DNA of 64,000 nucleotides from Bacillota bacterium (lineage in GTDB: Bacteria; Bacillota_I; Bacilli_A; RFN20; CAG-826). Location of the stretch: NCBI GenBank assembly GCA_039799785.1, contig JBDLRZ010000013.1, positions 6,072-70,071 of the forward strand. Direction: 5' to 3'. Under the pieces are notes generated by a model. The model did no database searches. It saw only the letters and a program-made list of their open reading frames with translations, and had not been told where the DNA came from. This document shows positions 47,606 to 56,082 of this stretch, piece by piece; position 1 is the first letter of the stretch; every line of letters starts with the position of its first letter. The position numbers were made by a program, and so were the translations under genes.

Positions 47606-49221
47606 TTGCAATAGAGTCTCACCTTAAATCACTGTTGATAAAAGCTTTGGCTCCTTTTGGACTAAATGTCACATTAGACGACATTGTTATTGAAAAAACC
47701 AAGGATCCAAAGTTTGGAGATTATGCAACCAATGTTTGTTTAAAGTTTGCAAAAACGTTGTCTTTAAAACCGATTGATTTAGCGAAGCAATTGATTGAAA
47801 ATTTAACTGATCAGCATATTCAAAAAGTTGAAGTAGCTGGACCTGGCTTTTTAAATTTCTTTGTCAAAACAGAAACGTTAACAGCAGTCATCCAAGATAT
47901 TCTTCGTTTCAATCAAGAATTTGGTAAGAGCAATGTCGGTCAAGGTAAGCGAATTAATTTAGAGTTTGTATCTGCTAATCCTACAGGCCCGATGCACGTT
48001 GCACATGCTAGAGCAGCAGCACTTGGCGATGTGATTGCAACTTTACTTACGCATGTTGGTTATCAAGTTACAAGAGAGTTTTACGTCAATGATGCAGGTG
48101 GTCAGATTCGTAATTTAGCTTTGTCGATTTTCATGCGTTACCGCGAATTAATCGGTGACAAAGTCACCTTACCAGAAGATGGATATTTTGGTAAAGATAT
48201 CATTGAAATTGCAAAAGAAATAAGACAACAATACGGAGATAAAATATTAGCTTTTGATGAGGCTTTTTTTAAAAAAATTGGTGTTGAAAAACAACTTAAA
48301 AGAATTCAAGAAGATTTAGTCATGATGGGTGTTCATTTTGATGTGTATCGCTCAGAACAAGATGTTCGAAATGAAGGTCATATTGAACTCACTTTAAAAA
48401 AACTAGCGCCTTATTTGTACCAGGATCAAGGGGCGACTTATTTGAAAACCACTTCATTTGGTGATGATAAGGATCGCGTCTTAATTAAGAGTGATGGTCA
48501 ATACACTTACTTTTTACCTGATATTGCATATCACCAAGATAAATTATCAAGAAAACAAGACCAATTAATCGATATGCTTGGCCCTGATCATCATGGATAT
48601 ATTGCAAGAATGAAAGCGGCCCTAACGATACTAGGTTATCCTAACGAAACCTTAGAAATACTGGTGATGCAATTGGTGACCTTAACTGAAAATGGCGTAG
48701 AAGTAAAAATGAGTAAGCGAACAGGAAAAGGCATAACCCTGCGCGATCTTGTTGAAGAAGTTGGAAAAGATGCTGCCCGTTATTTTATCGCCGCAAGGTC
48801 ATACCACAACCCATTAGAGTTTGATTTGGATTTAGCCAAAACAAAAAGTAATGTAAATCCACTCTATTACGCTCAATACGCCCATGCTCGATTGCAATCC
48901 TTACTTGAGGCTGGTAAAGATCTTGGACTTGATGAAAATGGTCATGGCCTAGATTCGAATGAAGAATTAGATTTATTGAAGCATTTACGATTATTTCCTC
49001 AAGTCATCCATCAAGCTGCACAAGCACGGGAACCAAGTATCGTTGCGCAATACATACAACAACTTGCAAGTTATACCCATAGTTTCTATACTATAAGGCG
49101 GGTTATAGACCGTGACCAACCCAAACTATCTGCTGCAAGACTTGCACTTGTTAAAGCGAGTGCTCAGGTTTTAAAAAATAGCCTTGCAATCTTTGGGATC
49201 GACGCGCTAAATAAAATGTAA
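47602..49221 (+). CDS. argS: Arginyl-tRNA synthetase
   Basis: SANPTGPMHVAHAR (HIGH-type) and the MSKRTG region. C-terminal anticodon-binding domain ending in M. ATGA overlap with gltX. Confidence 0.95.
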   Translation: MIAIESHLKSLLIKALAPFGLNVTLDDIVIEKTKDPKFGDYATNVCLKFAKTLSLKPIDLAKQLIENLTDQHIQKVEVAGPGFLNFFVKTETLTAVIQDILRFNQEFGKSNVGQGKRINLEFVSANPTGPMHVAHARAAALGDVIATLLTHVGYQVTREFYVNDAGGQIRNLALSIFMRYRELIGDKVTLPEDGYFGKDIIEIAKEIRQQYGDKILAFDEAFFKKIGVEKQLKRIQEDLVMMGVHFDVYRSEQDVRNEGHIELTLKKLAPYLYQDQGATYLKTTSFGDDKDRVLIKSDGQYTYFLPDIAYHQDKLSRKQDQLIDMLGPDHHGYIARMKAALTILGYPNETLEILVMQLVTLTENGVEVKMSKRTGKGITLRDLVEEVGKDAARYFIAARSYHNPLEFDLDLAKTKSNVNPLYYAQYAHARLQSLLEAGKDLGLDENGHGLDSNEELDLLKHLRLFPQVIHQAAQAREPSIVAQYIQQLASYTHSFYTIRRVIDRDQPKLSAARLALVKASAQVLKNSLAIFGIDALNKM

Positions 49222-49238
49222 ATAAAAGGAGCATCAAC

Positions 49239-49610
49239 ATGCCAAAATCAATGCTAGAACTTGCCCACGAATTCATCGTTGCCAAAAAGAAGGCAGTCAC
49301 CTTTAAAGACATTTGGGCTTATGTCCAAAAAGAAACGGATGAAAAAGAAACACTTCAATTAGGAAGATTTTATAAGTTGTTAACCTTGGACGGACGCTTT
49401 GTTGCACTTGGTAGTAATAAATGGGACCTTAAGGCTCGTTATACATTTAAAGAGTTGTATGATGATGCTAGAGGTGTTTTCCGTGAAGTTGAAGGTACAG
49501 ATGAAGGCGGAGAAGAGTCTGAAGCAGATCCATTCGAAGAGGATGGTGAGGTAGAAGATGGTGAAGAAGATGACAAACCTAAGAAGCGCAAATCTGATGA
49601 CGAAGATTAA
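49239..49610 (+). CDS. rpoE: RNA polymerase delta subunit RpoE
   Basis: N-terminal HARE-HTH-like domain (SMLELAHEFI...FKDIW) followed by a strongly acidic D/E tail, which is diagnostic of Bacillota delta factor. Confidence 0.8.
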   Translation: MPKSMLELAHEFIVAKKKAVTFKDIWAYVQKETDEKETLQLGRFYKLLTLDGRFVALGSNKWDLKARYTFKELYDDARGVFREVEGTDEGGEESEADPFEEDGEVEDGEEDDKPKKRKSDDED

Positions 49611-49638
49611 TTGATTAAAAAGAAAGAAGGACATGAAT

Positions 49639-50502
49639 ATGCCACTCGTAAGTATGAAAGAAATGCTCATCAAAGCATATAAAGAAAAATACGCGGTTGC
49701 TCAATTCAACATTAATAACTTAGAATGGACCCTTGCGATTTTAGATGAATGCCAAGCTTTAAAAGCCCCAGTCATCTTAGGCGTCTCGAGTGGTGCTGCG
49801 AAGTATATGGGCGGATTTAACACCGTCATGGGCATGATCAATGGTTTAATTAAAGATAAGAAATACTCCATACCGATTGCGGTTCACTTAGACCATGGTG
49901 AAACGGTTGAAATTTGTAAACAAGCGATTGATGCTGGATTTACTTCCGTCATGATCGATGCTTCACATCACCCTTTAGAAGAAAACATTAAGCAAACCAA
50001 AGAAGTGGTTCAATATGCCCATAGTAAATCACCACTTGTTTCAGTTGAAGCTGAATTAGGTCGCGTTGGTGGTCAAGAAGATCATGTCGTTGCAGAAACG
50101 TATTATGCCATTCCTTCTGAATGTGCAAGAATGGTTAAAGAAACTGGTATTGACTGCTTGGCGCCAGCGTTAGGATCAGTCCATGGTCCTTATGAAGGTG
50201 AACCAAAATTAGGTTTTAAAGAAATGGCAGAAATTCATCAATTAACCCAAATGCCCTTAGTCTTACATGGTGGTTCTGGTATTCCTGACTTTCAATTAAG
50301 AATGGCCATTGAACGTGGAACTGCAAAGATCAACGTCAATACAGAAAATCAAATGGAATGGACCAAGATTGTCCGTGAAGTCTTAGCAAAAGATCCTAAA
50401 GTTTATGATCCAAGAAAAATTATTGGACCAGGAAAAGAAGGTATTCGCAAAGTTGTCAAAGCCAAATATGAAGTGTTTGGTTGTATTGGAAAAGCTGCTT
50501 AA
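49639..50502 (+). CDS. fba: Class II fructose-1,6-bisphosphate aldolase
   Basis: [11 protein letters not shown]-terminus, [14 protein letters not shown]. The ORF also allows ATG 49633. Confidence 0.95.
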   Translation: MPLVSMKEMLIKAYKEKYAVAQFNINNLEWTLAILDECQALKAPVILGVSSGAAKYMGGFNTVMGMINGLIKDKKYSIPIAVHLDHGETVEICKQAIDAGFTSVMIDASHHPLEENIKQTKEVVQYAHSKSPLVSVEAELGRVGGQEDHVVAETYYAIPSECARMVKETGIDCLAPALGSVHGPYEGEPKLGFKEMAEIHQLTQMPLVLHGGSGIPDFQLRMAIERGTAKINVNTENQMEWTKIVREVLAKDPKVYDPRKIIGPGKEGIRKVVKAKYEVFGCIGKAA

Positions 50503-50514
50503 TCAATTGAAACT

Positions 50515-50545
50515 AAAACCCATTCAATCATGAATGGGTTTTTTC
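50515..50545 (+). terminator. Rho-independent terminator after fba
   Basis: 8-bp stem cccattca/tgaatggg, loop atca, followed by tttttt. Confidence 0.8.
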
Positions 50546-50580
50546 TTTCTCAATCGAATAGATTAAGATAAAATAGAATT

Positions 50581-51363
50581 ATGTTAAAAAGTTTTTTAGA
50601 AGACGCTTATCAAGCAGCTTTGCTTGCGTCAAAAGAAATACTATCGATTTATCAAACTAATTTTTCCTTTGAGAATAAACTTGATAACTCACCGGTCACC
50701 ATTGCAGACCAAAAAGCTGATCTGATCATTCGCCAATATTTAAAAGCAAAATATCCTGATTTTGGATTTTTAACAGAGGAGTCTTCAGATGATTTTTCTC
50801 GATTAAATCAAGAATATGTTTGGGTAATTGATCCGATTGACGGCACAAAGGATTTTATCGCAAAGAATGATGAATTTACGATTAATATTGCTTTGGTGCA
50901 TAAGCAAAAAGTTGTCGTTGGACTCGTCCACATTCCTGCTCAGCACGACACTTATGTTGCCTTAAAAGGTGAAGGAAGTTTTCATCGAATGGGTCATCAG
51001 GACCACCGTATTGTTGTGAATCAAAAAATCGATCAATTGACGGTATTAACATCTCGATTTCACCTTCAACCCATCGAAAAAGATGTGATTAAAAAGTATC
51101 AAGATTTGGGTAAGATTTCACACATTCAAACATTCGGTAGCGCTATTAAGGCTTGCAAAATCGCTGAAGGTTTAGCAGAAATTTCTTATCGATTATCACC
51201 AGGCACAAAAGAATGGGACACTGCTGCAAGTGATTTAATTGTCTCAGAAGCAGGTGGTTTTTTTATCAAACCCAACAAAGAAAAGTATCAATATAATCGA
51301 CCTGATGTTAGGAACCTTGAAGGTTATGTCATTGTTAATCGGTTAGATAATTTATTATTATGA
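50581..51363 (+). CDS. Inositol monophosphatase / CysQ-family phosphatase (possibly 3'(2'),5'-bisphosphate nucleotidase)
   Basis: Family motifs FLTEES, WVIDPIDGTKDF and WDTAAS. Confidence 0.75.
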   Translation: MLKSFLEDAYQAALLASKEILSIYQTNFSFENKLDNSPVTIADQKADLIIRQYLKAKYPDFGFLTEESSDDFSRLNQEYVWVIDPIDGTKDFIAKNDEFTINIALVHKQKVVVGLVHIPAQHDTYVALKGEGSFHRMGHQDHRIVVNQKIDQLTVLTSRFHLQPIEKDVIKKYQDLGKISHIQTFGSAIKACKIAEGLAEISYRLSPGTKEWDTAASDLIVSEAGGFFIKPNKEKYQYNRPDVRNLEGYVIVNRLDNLLL

Positions 51364-52859
51364 AGTTTACTCAAACATCTTGGATCTTTGTTTTAATCCT
51401 TACAAGTTGTACGAATTTCCCCTCTTCTGATTCGTTGGAAACCTCAAGTGATTCTACAGAAATCACGAGCGACATAAGCTCAGAAATCCTAACGAGTTCA
51501 ACCCTCACCAGTTCAACACCATTAAGTCCAATTGTGACCATTGATCTTTTTAACCTAAATGATTTTCATGGCGCCGTTGAATATAATCCCAGCAATAAAG
51601 AAATTGGCATCAATCGCCTTTCTCAATATTTTAAAACGCAATTAGCATTGAATCCAAACAGTGTCTTTCTATCCAGTGGTGACATGTGGCAAGGAAGTGC
51701 CGATAGCAATATAACCAGAGGTCGACTTGTTGTGGATGCCATGAACCATCTTGAATTTTCAGCAATGGCCATTGGCAATCATGAATTTGACTGGACAGAC
51801 ACCTATATCGAGCAAAATCAACAACGATCCAACTTTCCATTGCTTGGTATTAATATTATCGATAAGCAGACCCAACAAAGGGCAAGCTTCGCAGATGCAT
51901 CCGTTTTAATCGAAAGAAGTGGAATTCAAATTGGCATTATCGGCACGATTGGATCTACGTTAGAAAGTACGATTTTAACAAGCGCGGTCATGAATTATGA
52001 TTTTGTTCCTTACACCAATTTAGTAAAAGATGAAAGCGAACGATTACGAGATTTGGGTGCCGATTTAATTGTCTTACTGAATCATGATGGCAGTGTTGAA
52101 TCGGGTGTGATGCCTTATGTCGATGCGGTTTTCAATGGTCATACGCATCGCCGAGAAGTCTTTCATGTGGATGGTAAACCAGTTTATCAAGGTCAAGCAT
52201 ATGGTCAAGCCATCAGTCATGTGCGATTTGTATTGAATACGGTGAACATGGTTCCAAGTTTTGTGCAGAATCAATCAGGTGTTTATACGTATGATATGTT
52301 ACTCAGCTCTAATCGATTTCCGACTGAAGATCCTGAAATGAAAGCGATATATGACCAATATTTAAATAATGAAATTAATGCGATTAAAAATGAAGAAATT
52401 GGATTCGCGGAAGGTGCCTTCTCCCGCAATAATCTTGGACAACTCGCTGTCGATGAAATGTTGCAATATGGTCAATCCGTTAAACCTGATGTTGTGGCAA
52501 GTTTCCATAATACGGGTGGCGTGAGAGCTACGATTGATGAAGGGCCTGTAACGTACGGAGAATTATATAAAGCCTTTCCTTTTGATAATGAATTAATGAT
52601 TGTTTCGGTGACAGGAGAAGAATTATCATGGTGGTTATCAGAAAGTTTATACAAACGTACCATTCCAAATTTAACCCCGTTCAATTTGGACCAAACCTAT
52701 TGGATTATTTCCATTAATTACTTAACTGAAAAACATTTTGAATCTTCGCAGTATCCTCATGATTTAGAAACTGCAATTAATACCCATCAATTTATTCGAG
52801 AACAATTAAAAACCCGGTGGCAACAAGAAGGTACCATCCGGGCGATTGATTACAATTAA
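51360..52859 (+). CDS. Lipoprotein 5'-nucleotidase / metallophosphoesterase (UshA-like)
   Basis: Lipobox LILTSC and a Ser/Thr-rich linker. Metallophosphatase motifs DFHG, GDMWQG, GNHEFD, NHDG and GHTH, plus a C-terminal 5'-nucleotidase domain. ATGA overlap with the upstream gene. Confidence 0.8.
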   Translation: MKFTQTSWIFVLILTSCTNFPSSDSLETSSDSTEITSDISSEILTSSTLTSSTPLSPIVTIDLFNLNDFHGAVEYNPSNKEIGINRLSQYFKTQLALNPNSVFLSSGDMWQGSADSNITRGRLVVDAMNHLEFSAMAIGNHEFDWTDTYIEQNQQRSNFPLLGINIIDKQTQQRASFADASVLIERSGIQIGIIGTIGSTLESTILTSAVMNYDFVPYTNLVKDESERLRDLGADLIVLLNHDGSVESGVMPYVDAVFNGHTHRREVFHVDGKPVYQGQAYGQAISHVRFVLNTVNMVPSFVQNQSGVYTYDMLLSSNRFPTEDPEMKAIYDQYLNNEINAIKNEEIGFAEGAFSRNNLGQLAVDEMLQYGQSVKPDVVASFHNTGGVRATIDEGPVTYGELYKAFPFDNELMIVSVTGEELSWWLSESLYKRTIPNLTPFNLDQTYWIISINYLTEKHFESSQYPHDLETAINTHQFIREQLKTRWQQEGTIRAIDYN

Positions 52860-52865
52860 ATTTAA

Positions 52866-53132
52866 CTACTTAACTTGCAGTTCAATCGGTAAACCTTGCG
52901 GTTTTTCACTTGCAAGTTTAACGGCTAAGATACCGGGAACTTCTTCCATTAGAATGACTTCTAATCCACCAGAAAGTGTTGAATCGATAAGACCACAAGA
53001 AGAACAAGCGCCTTCCATTCGTAAATAAACAATGCCATCAATAAAGGAATCAAATTCAACATTACCACCATCACGAATAATGAAGGGGCGAACTTTATCT
53101 AAGGCTTCTTCAATTTGTTGTTCGATTGTCAT
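52866..53132 (-). CDS. Nfu/NifU C-terminal-domain Fe-S carrier protein
   Basis: 88 aa: ALDKVRPFIIRDGGNVEF...GIVYLRMEGACSSCGLIDSTLSGGLE (CxxC motif). Confidence 0.85.
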   Translation of the reverse strand: MTIEQQIEEALDKVRPFIIRDGGNVEFDSFIDGIVYLRMEGACSSCGLIDSTLSGGLEVILMEEVPGILAVKLASEKPQGLPIELQVK

Positions 53133-53182
53133 GTCAATATGATAACGAGATTTTTACTGAGTAGCAATCAATAAGATTACAA

Positions 53183-53211
53183 ATAAAAAACCATCGTTAT
53201 CAACGATGGTT
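53183..53211 (-). terminator. Rho-independent terminator after the tRNA operon
   Basis: 8-bp stem ccatcgtt/aacgatgg (53191-53209). On the minus strand it is followed by ttttttattt. Confidence 0.75.
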
Positions 53212-53298
53212 TGGTGCCCGGGGACGGACTTGAACCGTCATGGTGTCGCCACCGCAGGATTTTAAGTCCTGTGCGTCTACCAATTTCGCCACCTGGGC
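53212..53298 (-). tRNA. tRNA-Leu (anticodon UAA), type II with long variable arm, CCA encoded
   Basis: Hand-folded cloverleaf GCCCAGG..GCG AAATTGGTAGAC GC..ACAGGA CTTAAAA TCCTG.. long arm ..GACGG TTCAAGT CCGTC CCCGGGC A CCA. One A5:C68 mismatch in the acceptor stem. Confidence 0.9.
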
Positions 53299-53304
53299 AT
53301 ACAA

Positions 53305-53381
53305 TGGTCTCCCGCGAAGGAATCGAACCTTCGACCCCTTGCTTAAAAGGCAAGTGCTCTAACCGACTGAGCTAGCGGGAG
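53305..53381 (-). tRNA. tRNA-Lys (anticodon UUU), CCA encoded, C1:G72 first pair
   Basis: CTCCCGC TA GCTC AGTCGGTTA GAGC A CTTGC CTTTTAA GCAAG GGGTC GAAGG TTCGATT CCTTC GCGGGAG A CCA. Perfect cloverleaf. Confidence 0.9.
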
Positions 53382-53386
53382 TCTTT

Positions 53387-53461
53387 TGGCTGGGGTACCT
53401 GGGATCGAACCAGGGAATGATAGAGTCAAAGTCTATTGCCTTACCACTTGGCTATACCCCA
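53387..53461 (-). tRNA. tRNA-Gln (anticodon UUG), CCA encoded
   Basis: Starts TGGGGTA TA GCCAAGTGGTAAGGC with U1:A72, as in bacterial tRNA-Gln. Anticodon loop ACTTTGA. 3' end TACCCCA G CCA. Confidence 0.9.
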
Positions 53462-53470
53462 AAGAACGAA

Positions 53471-53554
53471 TGGTGGAGGCTGGTGGATTCGAACCACCGA
53501 ACCCGAAGGAACTGATTTACAGTCAGCTGCGTTTGGCCGCTTCGCTAAGCCTCC
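53471..53554 (-). tRNA. tRNA-Tyr (anticodon GUA), type II long variable arm, CCA encoded
   Basis: GGAGGCT TA GCGAAGCGGCCAAACGC .. anticodon loop CTGTAAA .. TTCGAATCC .. AGCCTCC A CCA. Confidence 0.9.
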
Positions 53555-53580
53555 ATCGGTGTGCTCACACTGGTAGAACA

Positions 53581-53656
53581 TGGTGGATGTTGAGGGGTTC
53601 GAACCCCCGACCTCCGCCGTGTAAAGGCGATGCTCTCCCAACTGAGCTAAACATCC
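53581..53656 (-). tRNA. tRNA-Val (anticodon UAC), CCA encoded
   Basis: GGATGTT TA GCTCAGTTGGGAGAGC A TCGCC TTTACAC GGCGG AGGTC GGGGG TTCGAAC CCCTC AACATCC A CCA. Confidence 0.9.
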
Positions 53657-53679
53657 CTTGGGCCTACGCGTGCTTACTT

Positions 53680-53708
53680 AATATATCAAAAGGCGTTTTT
53701 TTAGTCAA
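53680..53708 (-). promoter_or_regulatory. Sigma-A promoter of the tRNA operon (TTGACT-17-TATATT)
   Basis: On the minus strand, TTGACT (53708-53703), an exact 17-nt spacer, and TATATT (53685-53680). The predicted start is about 17 nt upstream of the tRNA-Val 5' end. Confidence 0.55.
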
Positions 53709-53734
53709 TGAAAAAACCTAGAAAACGCTAGCAA

Positions 53735-55018
53735 TTAATAACCTTTTTTACCAAGCAATCTGAACATATTTCGTTTGTAAATTTCAACACCTGGTTGATT
53801 AAATGGATTGATGCCTAATAGATAACCAGAATAAGCGACTGTTTTCATAAAGAAATACAAAAGATGACCAATATGATGAGCATCCATTTGATCAAGCGTG
53901 ATAAGGATCACTGGAACTTGACCTTCTTCAACGTGGGCTTGCAACGTGCCAAGATAAGCTTTCTCATTCACAAAAGATAAAGGTCTACCCGCTAAATAAT
54001 TTAATCCATCCGCATCATTGACACTGAGGGGAACAGTTAAGTCGTAGGTTGGTTTTTTCACATAAAGGACCGTTTCAAATAAAATAGGTGAACCATCTTG
54101 AATAAATTGACCCACACTGTGTAAATCAGTACTAAAGGATACAGAACCCGGTAATAATCCTTTATTTTCTTTACCTTCAGATTCGGCAAAAAGTTGCTTA
54201 AGCCATTCTGCAATCATGGCAAATTGGGGTTCATAAGTCACAAACATCTCGACAGCTTTTTCTTGATAAAGTTGATGACGTGCAATGGCGTATTGTAAAG
54301 CCGGATTGGTGTCAATTTGGCTATTGCTATAGGCATTCATTGCCTCTTTAGCACCTGCCATGAGTGCTTGAATATCAATCCCTACTGCAGCGATTGGAAG
54401 AAGTCCAACTGCAGTTAAAACCGAATAACGGCCCCCGATATCATCAGGCAAATTAAATGTCACATAACCTTCTTGATTGGCAAGAGAACGCAGTGCACCT
54501 TTTTCTTTATCAGTGGTTGCAAAAATAGCTTTTCTAGCTTCAACAACGCCAACTTTCTTTTCTAGTAAATCTTTCAAAAGTCTAAATGCAATCGACGTTT
54601 CAGTGGTCGTTCCCGACTTTGAAATCACATTGATTGCAAAGGTTTTATTTGCTAAATAATTTAAAACTTGTTGGGTATATGTCGGTGAAAAAGTTTGTCC
54701 AAGATAAATAACCTCAATTGATTTTTCTTTACTTGGCATTAAACCTTGAACGGCATCAATAACTGCTCTAGCACCAAGGTAAGATCCTCCGATACCACAT
54801 ACGACAAGAACCTGAAAACGTTCCCGAATCAATCTTGCCGTCTTTTGAATGAGTGAAAATTCTTCTTGGTCATATTGATTTGGCCATTGATCCCAACCTA
54901 AAAAATCACCACCTGGTCCTTTTTTTGTTGCGATCAAATCCGTGATGCGATTGATACGGTCTTGATAATCCTTGAGGGATCCTTTCAATTTGGTATGCGT
55001 TAAGTTAAGTGACAGCAT
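53735..55018 (-). CDS. pgi: Glucose-6-phosphate isomerase
   Basis: 427 aa with VVCGIGGSYLGARA, SKSGTTTET, GGRYSV and FAESEGK blocks of the short Bacillota-type PGI. Confidence 0.95.
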   Translation of the reverse strand: MLSLNLTHTKLKGSLKDYQDRINRITDLIATKKGPGGDFLGWDQWPNQYDQEEFSLIQKTARLIRERFQVLVVCGIGGSYLGARAVIDAVQGLMPSKEKSIEVIYLGQTFSPTYTQQVLNYLANKTFAINVISKSGTTTETSIAFRLLKDLLEKKVGVVEARKAIFATTDKEKGALRSLANQEGYVTFNLPDDIGGRYSVLTAVGLLPIAAVGIDIQALMAGAKEAMNAYSNSQIDTNPALQYAIARHQLYQEKAVEMFVTYEPQFAMIAEWLKQLFAESEGKENKGLLPGSVSFSTDLHSVGQFIQDGSPILFETVLYVKKPTYDLTVPLSVNDADGLNYLAGRPLSFVNEKAYLGTLQAHVEEGQVPVILITLDQMDAHHIGHLLYFFMKTVAYSGYLLGINPFNQPGVEIYKRNMFRLLGKKGY

Positions 55019-55021
55019 ATG

Positions 55022-55396
55022 CTAGTCCTCCAATTTCTTTTTTTGAGCTGCAATCCAGGTCGGTAACATCGATTTGAGCGGACCAAAATCAATTTCATGA
55101 GGTGGAACTTTAAACCAAAAAGGATGCGCTTTATCAGTTAATTCATCTTTTTTTATCAATCGTTTGATGGATAATTTTAAATGTTGATTGGTTGGTTCAA
55201 TCGCTAACACTTTTACTCGAACATATTCTCCCACGATTAAATAGGTTTCAATGCGTTTAACATAATCTTCAGAAATTTCAGAAATATGAACCAATCCCTT
55301 TTGACCATTTGGAAAACCAATGAAAGCGCCGTAAGGTTGAATATCAATCACTTTTCCAACAATAATCTCATCGACTAGATAACTACTTTGATTCAT
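55022..55396 (-). CDS. S1 RNA-binding domain protein (YabR/GSP13-like)
   Basis: The single S1 domain GKVIDIQPYGAFIGFPNGQKGLVHISEIS...VRVKVLAIE plus a basic C-terminal tail. Confidence 0.75.
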   Translation of the reverse strand: MNQSSYLVDEIIVGKVIDIQPYGAFIGFPNGQKGLVHISEISEDYVKRIETYLIVGEYVRVKVLAIEPTNQHLKLSIKRLIKKDELTDKAHPFWFKVPPHEIDFGPLKSMLPTWIAAQKKKLED

Positions 55397-56082
55397 TATT
55401 TTATTAATTTTTGTAGGAGTAATAGGTCATCTTCGGTGACCACTTTAAAATTTAGACGGCTTCCGGTAACAACGTGGACTTTTTTACCCATTAAAAACAA
55501 GAGACTCGCATCATCGATGGCAGTCTTAATTTTTAACTTTCGAGCATATTCGTGTGCTTCTAAAATAGTTTCAAATGCAAAGGCTTGTGGAGTTTGAGAT
55601 AAATAAATATCTTTTTTACCAAGATAATTGTTTAAAGTGGCTTCATTATCCACAACAAATAATGAATCGTTGATTTGACGAGCAAGGGTCATTGCTGGAT
55701 AGTTTTTTAATTTTGCGATTAAGGCGTCCAACAATGATGCACTAATCATAGGTCTAGCCACATCATGAATTAAAACGTAGTCAGGTTTAATATGAAGCTT
55801 TGCATATTGCAATCCCAAATAGGAGGATTCTTGTCTAGTTTTTCCTCCAGCAATCACATGAATCGTTTTGGATTTTGAATAGGATTTGATTTCATCTTGA
55901 ACTTGAGAAATAAATTTATCATTAACAACCAAGATGATTTGATCAATTTTTTTATGTTTTGCGAAGGTATCAAGTGAAAATTGATAGAGTTTCTTTTTAC
56001 CTAATTGTAAAAATTGCTTTGGGGTTACTCTAGATTTAAGCCTTAAACTTTCTCCAGCAGCTAATAAAATTGCAGTAATCAT
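55396..56082 (-). CDS. IspD/TarI-family cytidylyltransferase (2-C-methyl-D-erythritol-4-phosphate or polyol-phosphate cytidylyltransferase)
   Basis: LLAAGESLRL, PKQFLQLGKKKL, VLIHDVARP, SQTPQAF, and IDDASLL...NFKVVTEDDL. No ispF adjacent. Confidence 0.7.
   Translation of the reverse strand: MITAILLAAGESLRLKSRVTPKQFLQLGKKKLYQFSLDTFAKHKKIDQIILVVNDKFISQVQDEIKSYSKSKTIHVIAGGKTRQESSYLGLQYAKLHIKPDYVLIHDVARPMISASLLDALIAKLKNYPAMTLARQINDSLFVVDNEATLNNYLGKKDIYLSQTPQAFAFETILEAHEYARKLKIKTAIDDASLLFLMGKKVHVVTGSRLNFKVVTEDDLLLLQKLIK

Noticed and set aside
53386-53721. 111-aa plus-strand ORF and 66-aa minus-strand ORF (53441-53641) from the ORF track
   Set aside because: Both run through the tRNA-Gln/Tyr/Val genes. 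The open frames are a by-product of G+C-rich tRNA sequence.
53709-53734. Possible terminator after pgi (ctag-cgtttt-ctag followed by a T-run on the minus strand)
   Set aside because: The stem is only 4 bp and too weak to call. pgi transcripts may read into the tRNA promoter region.
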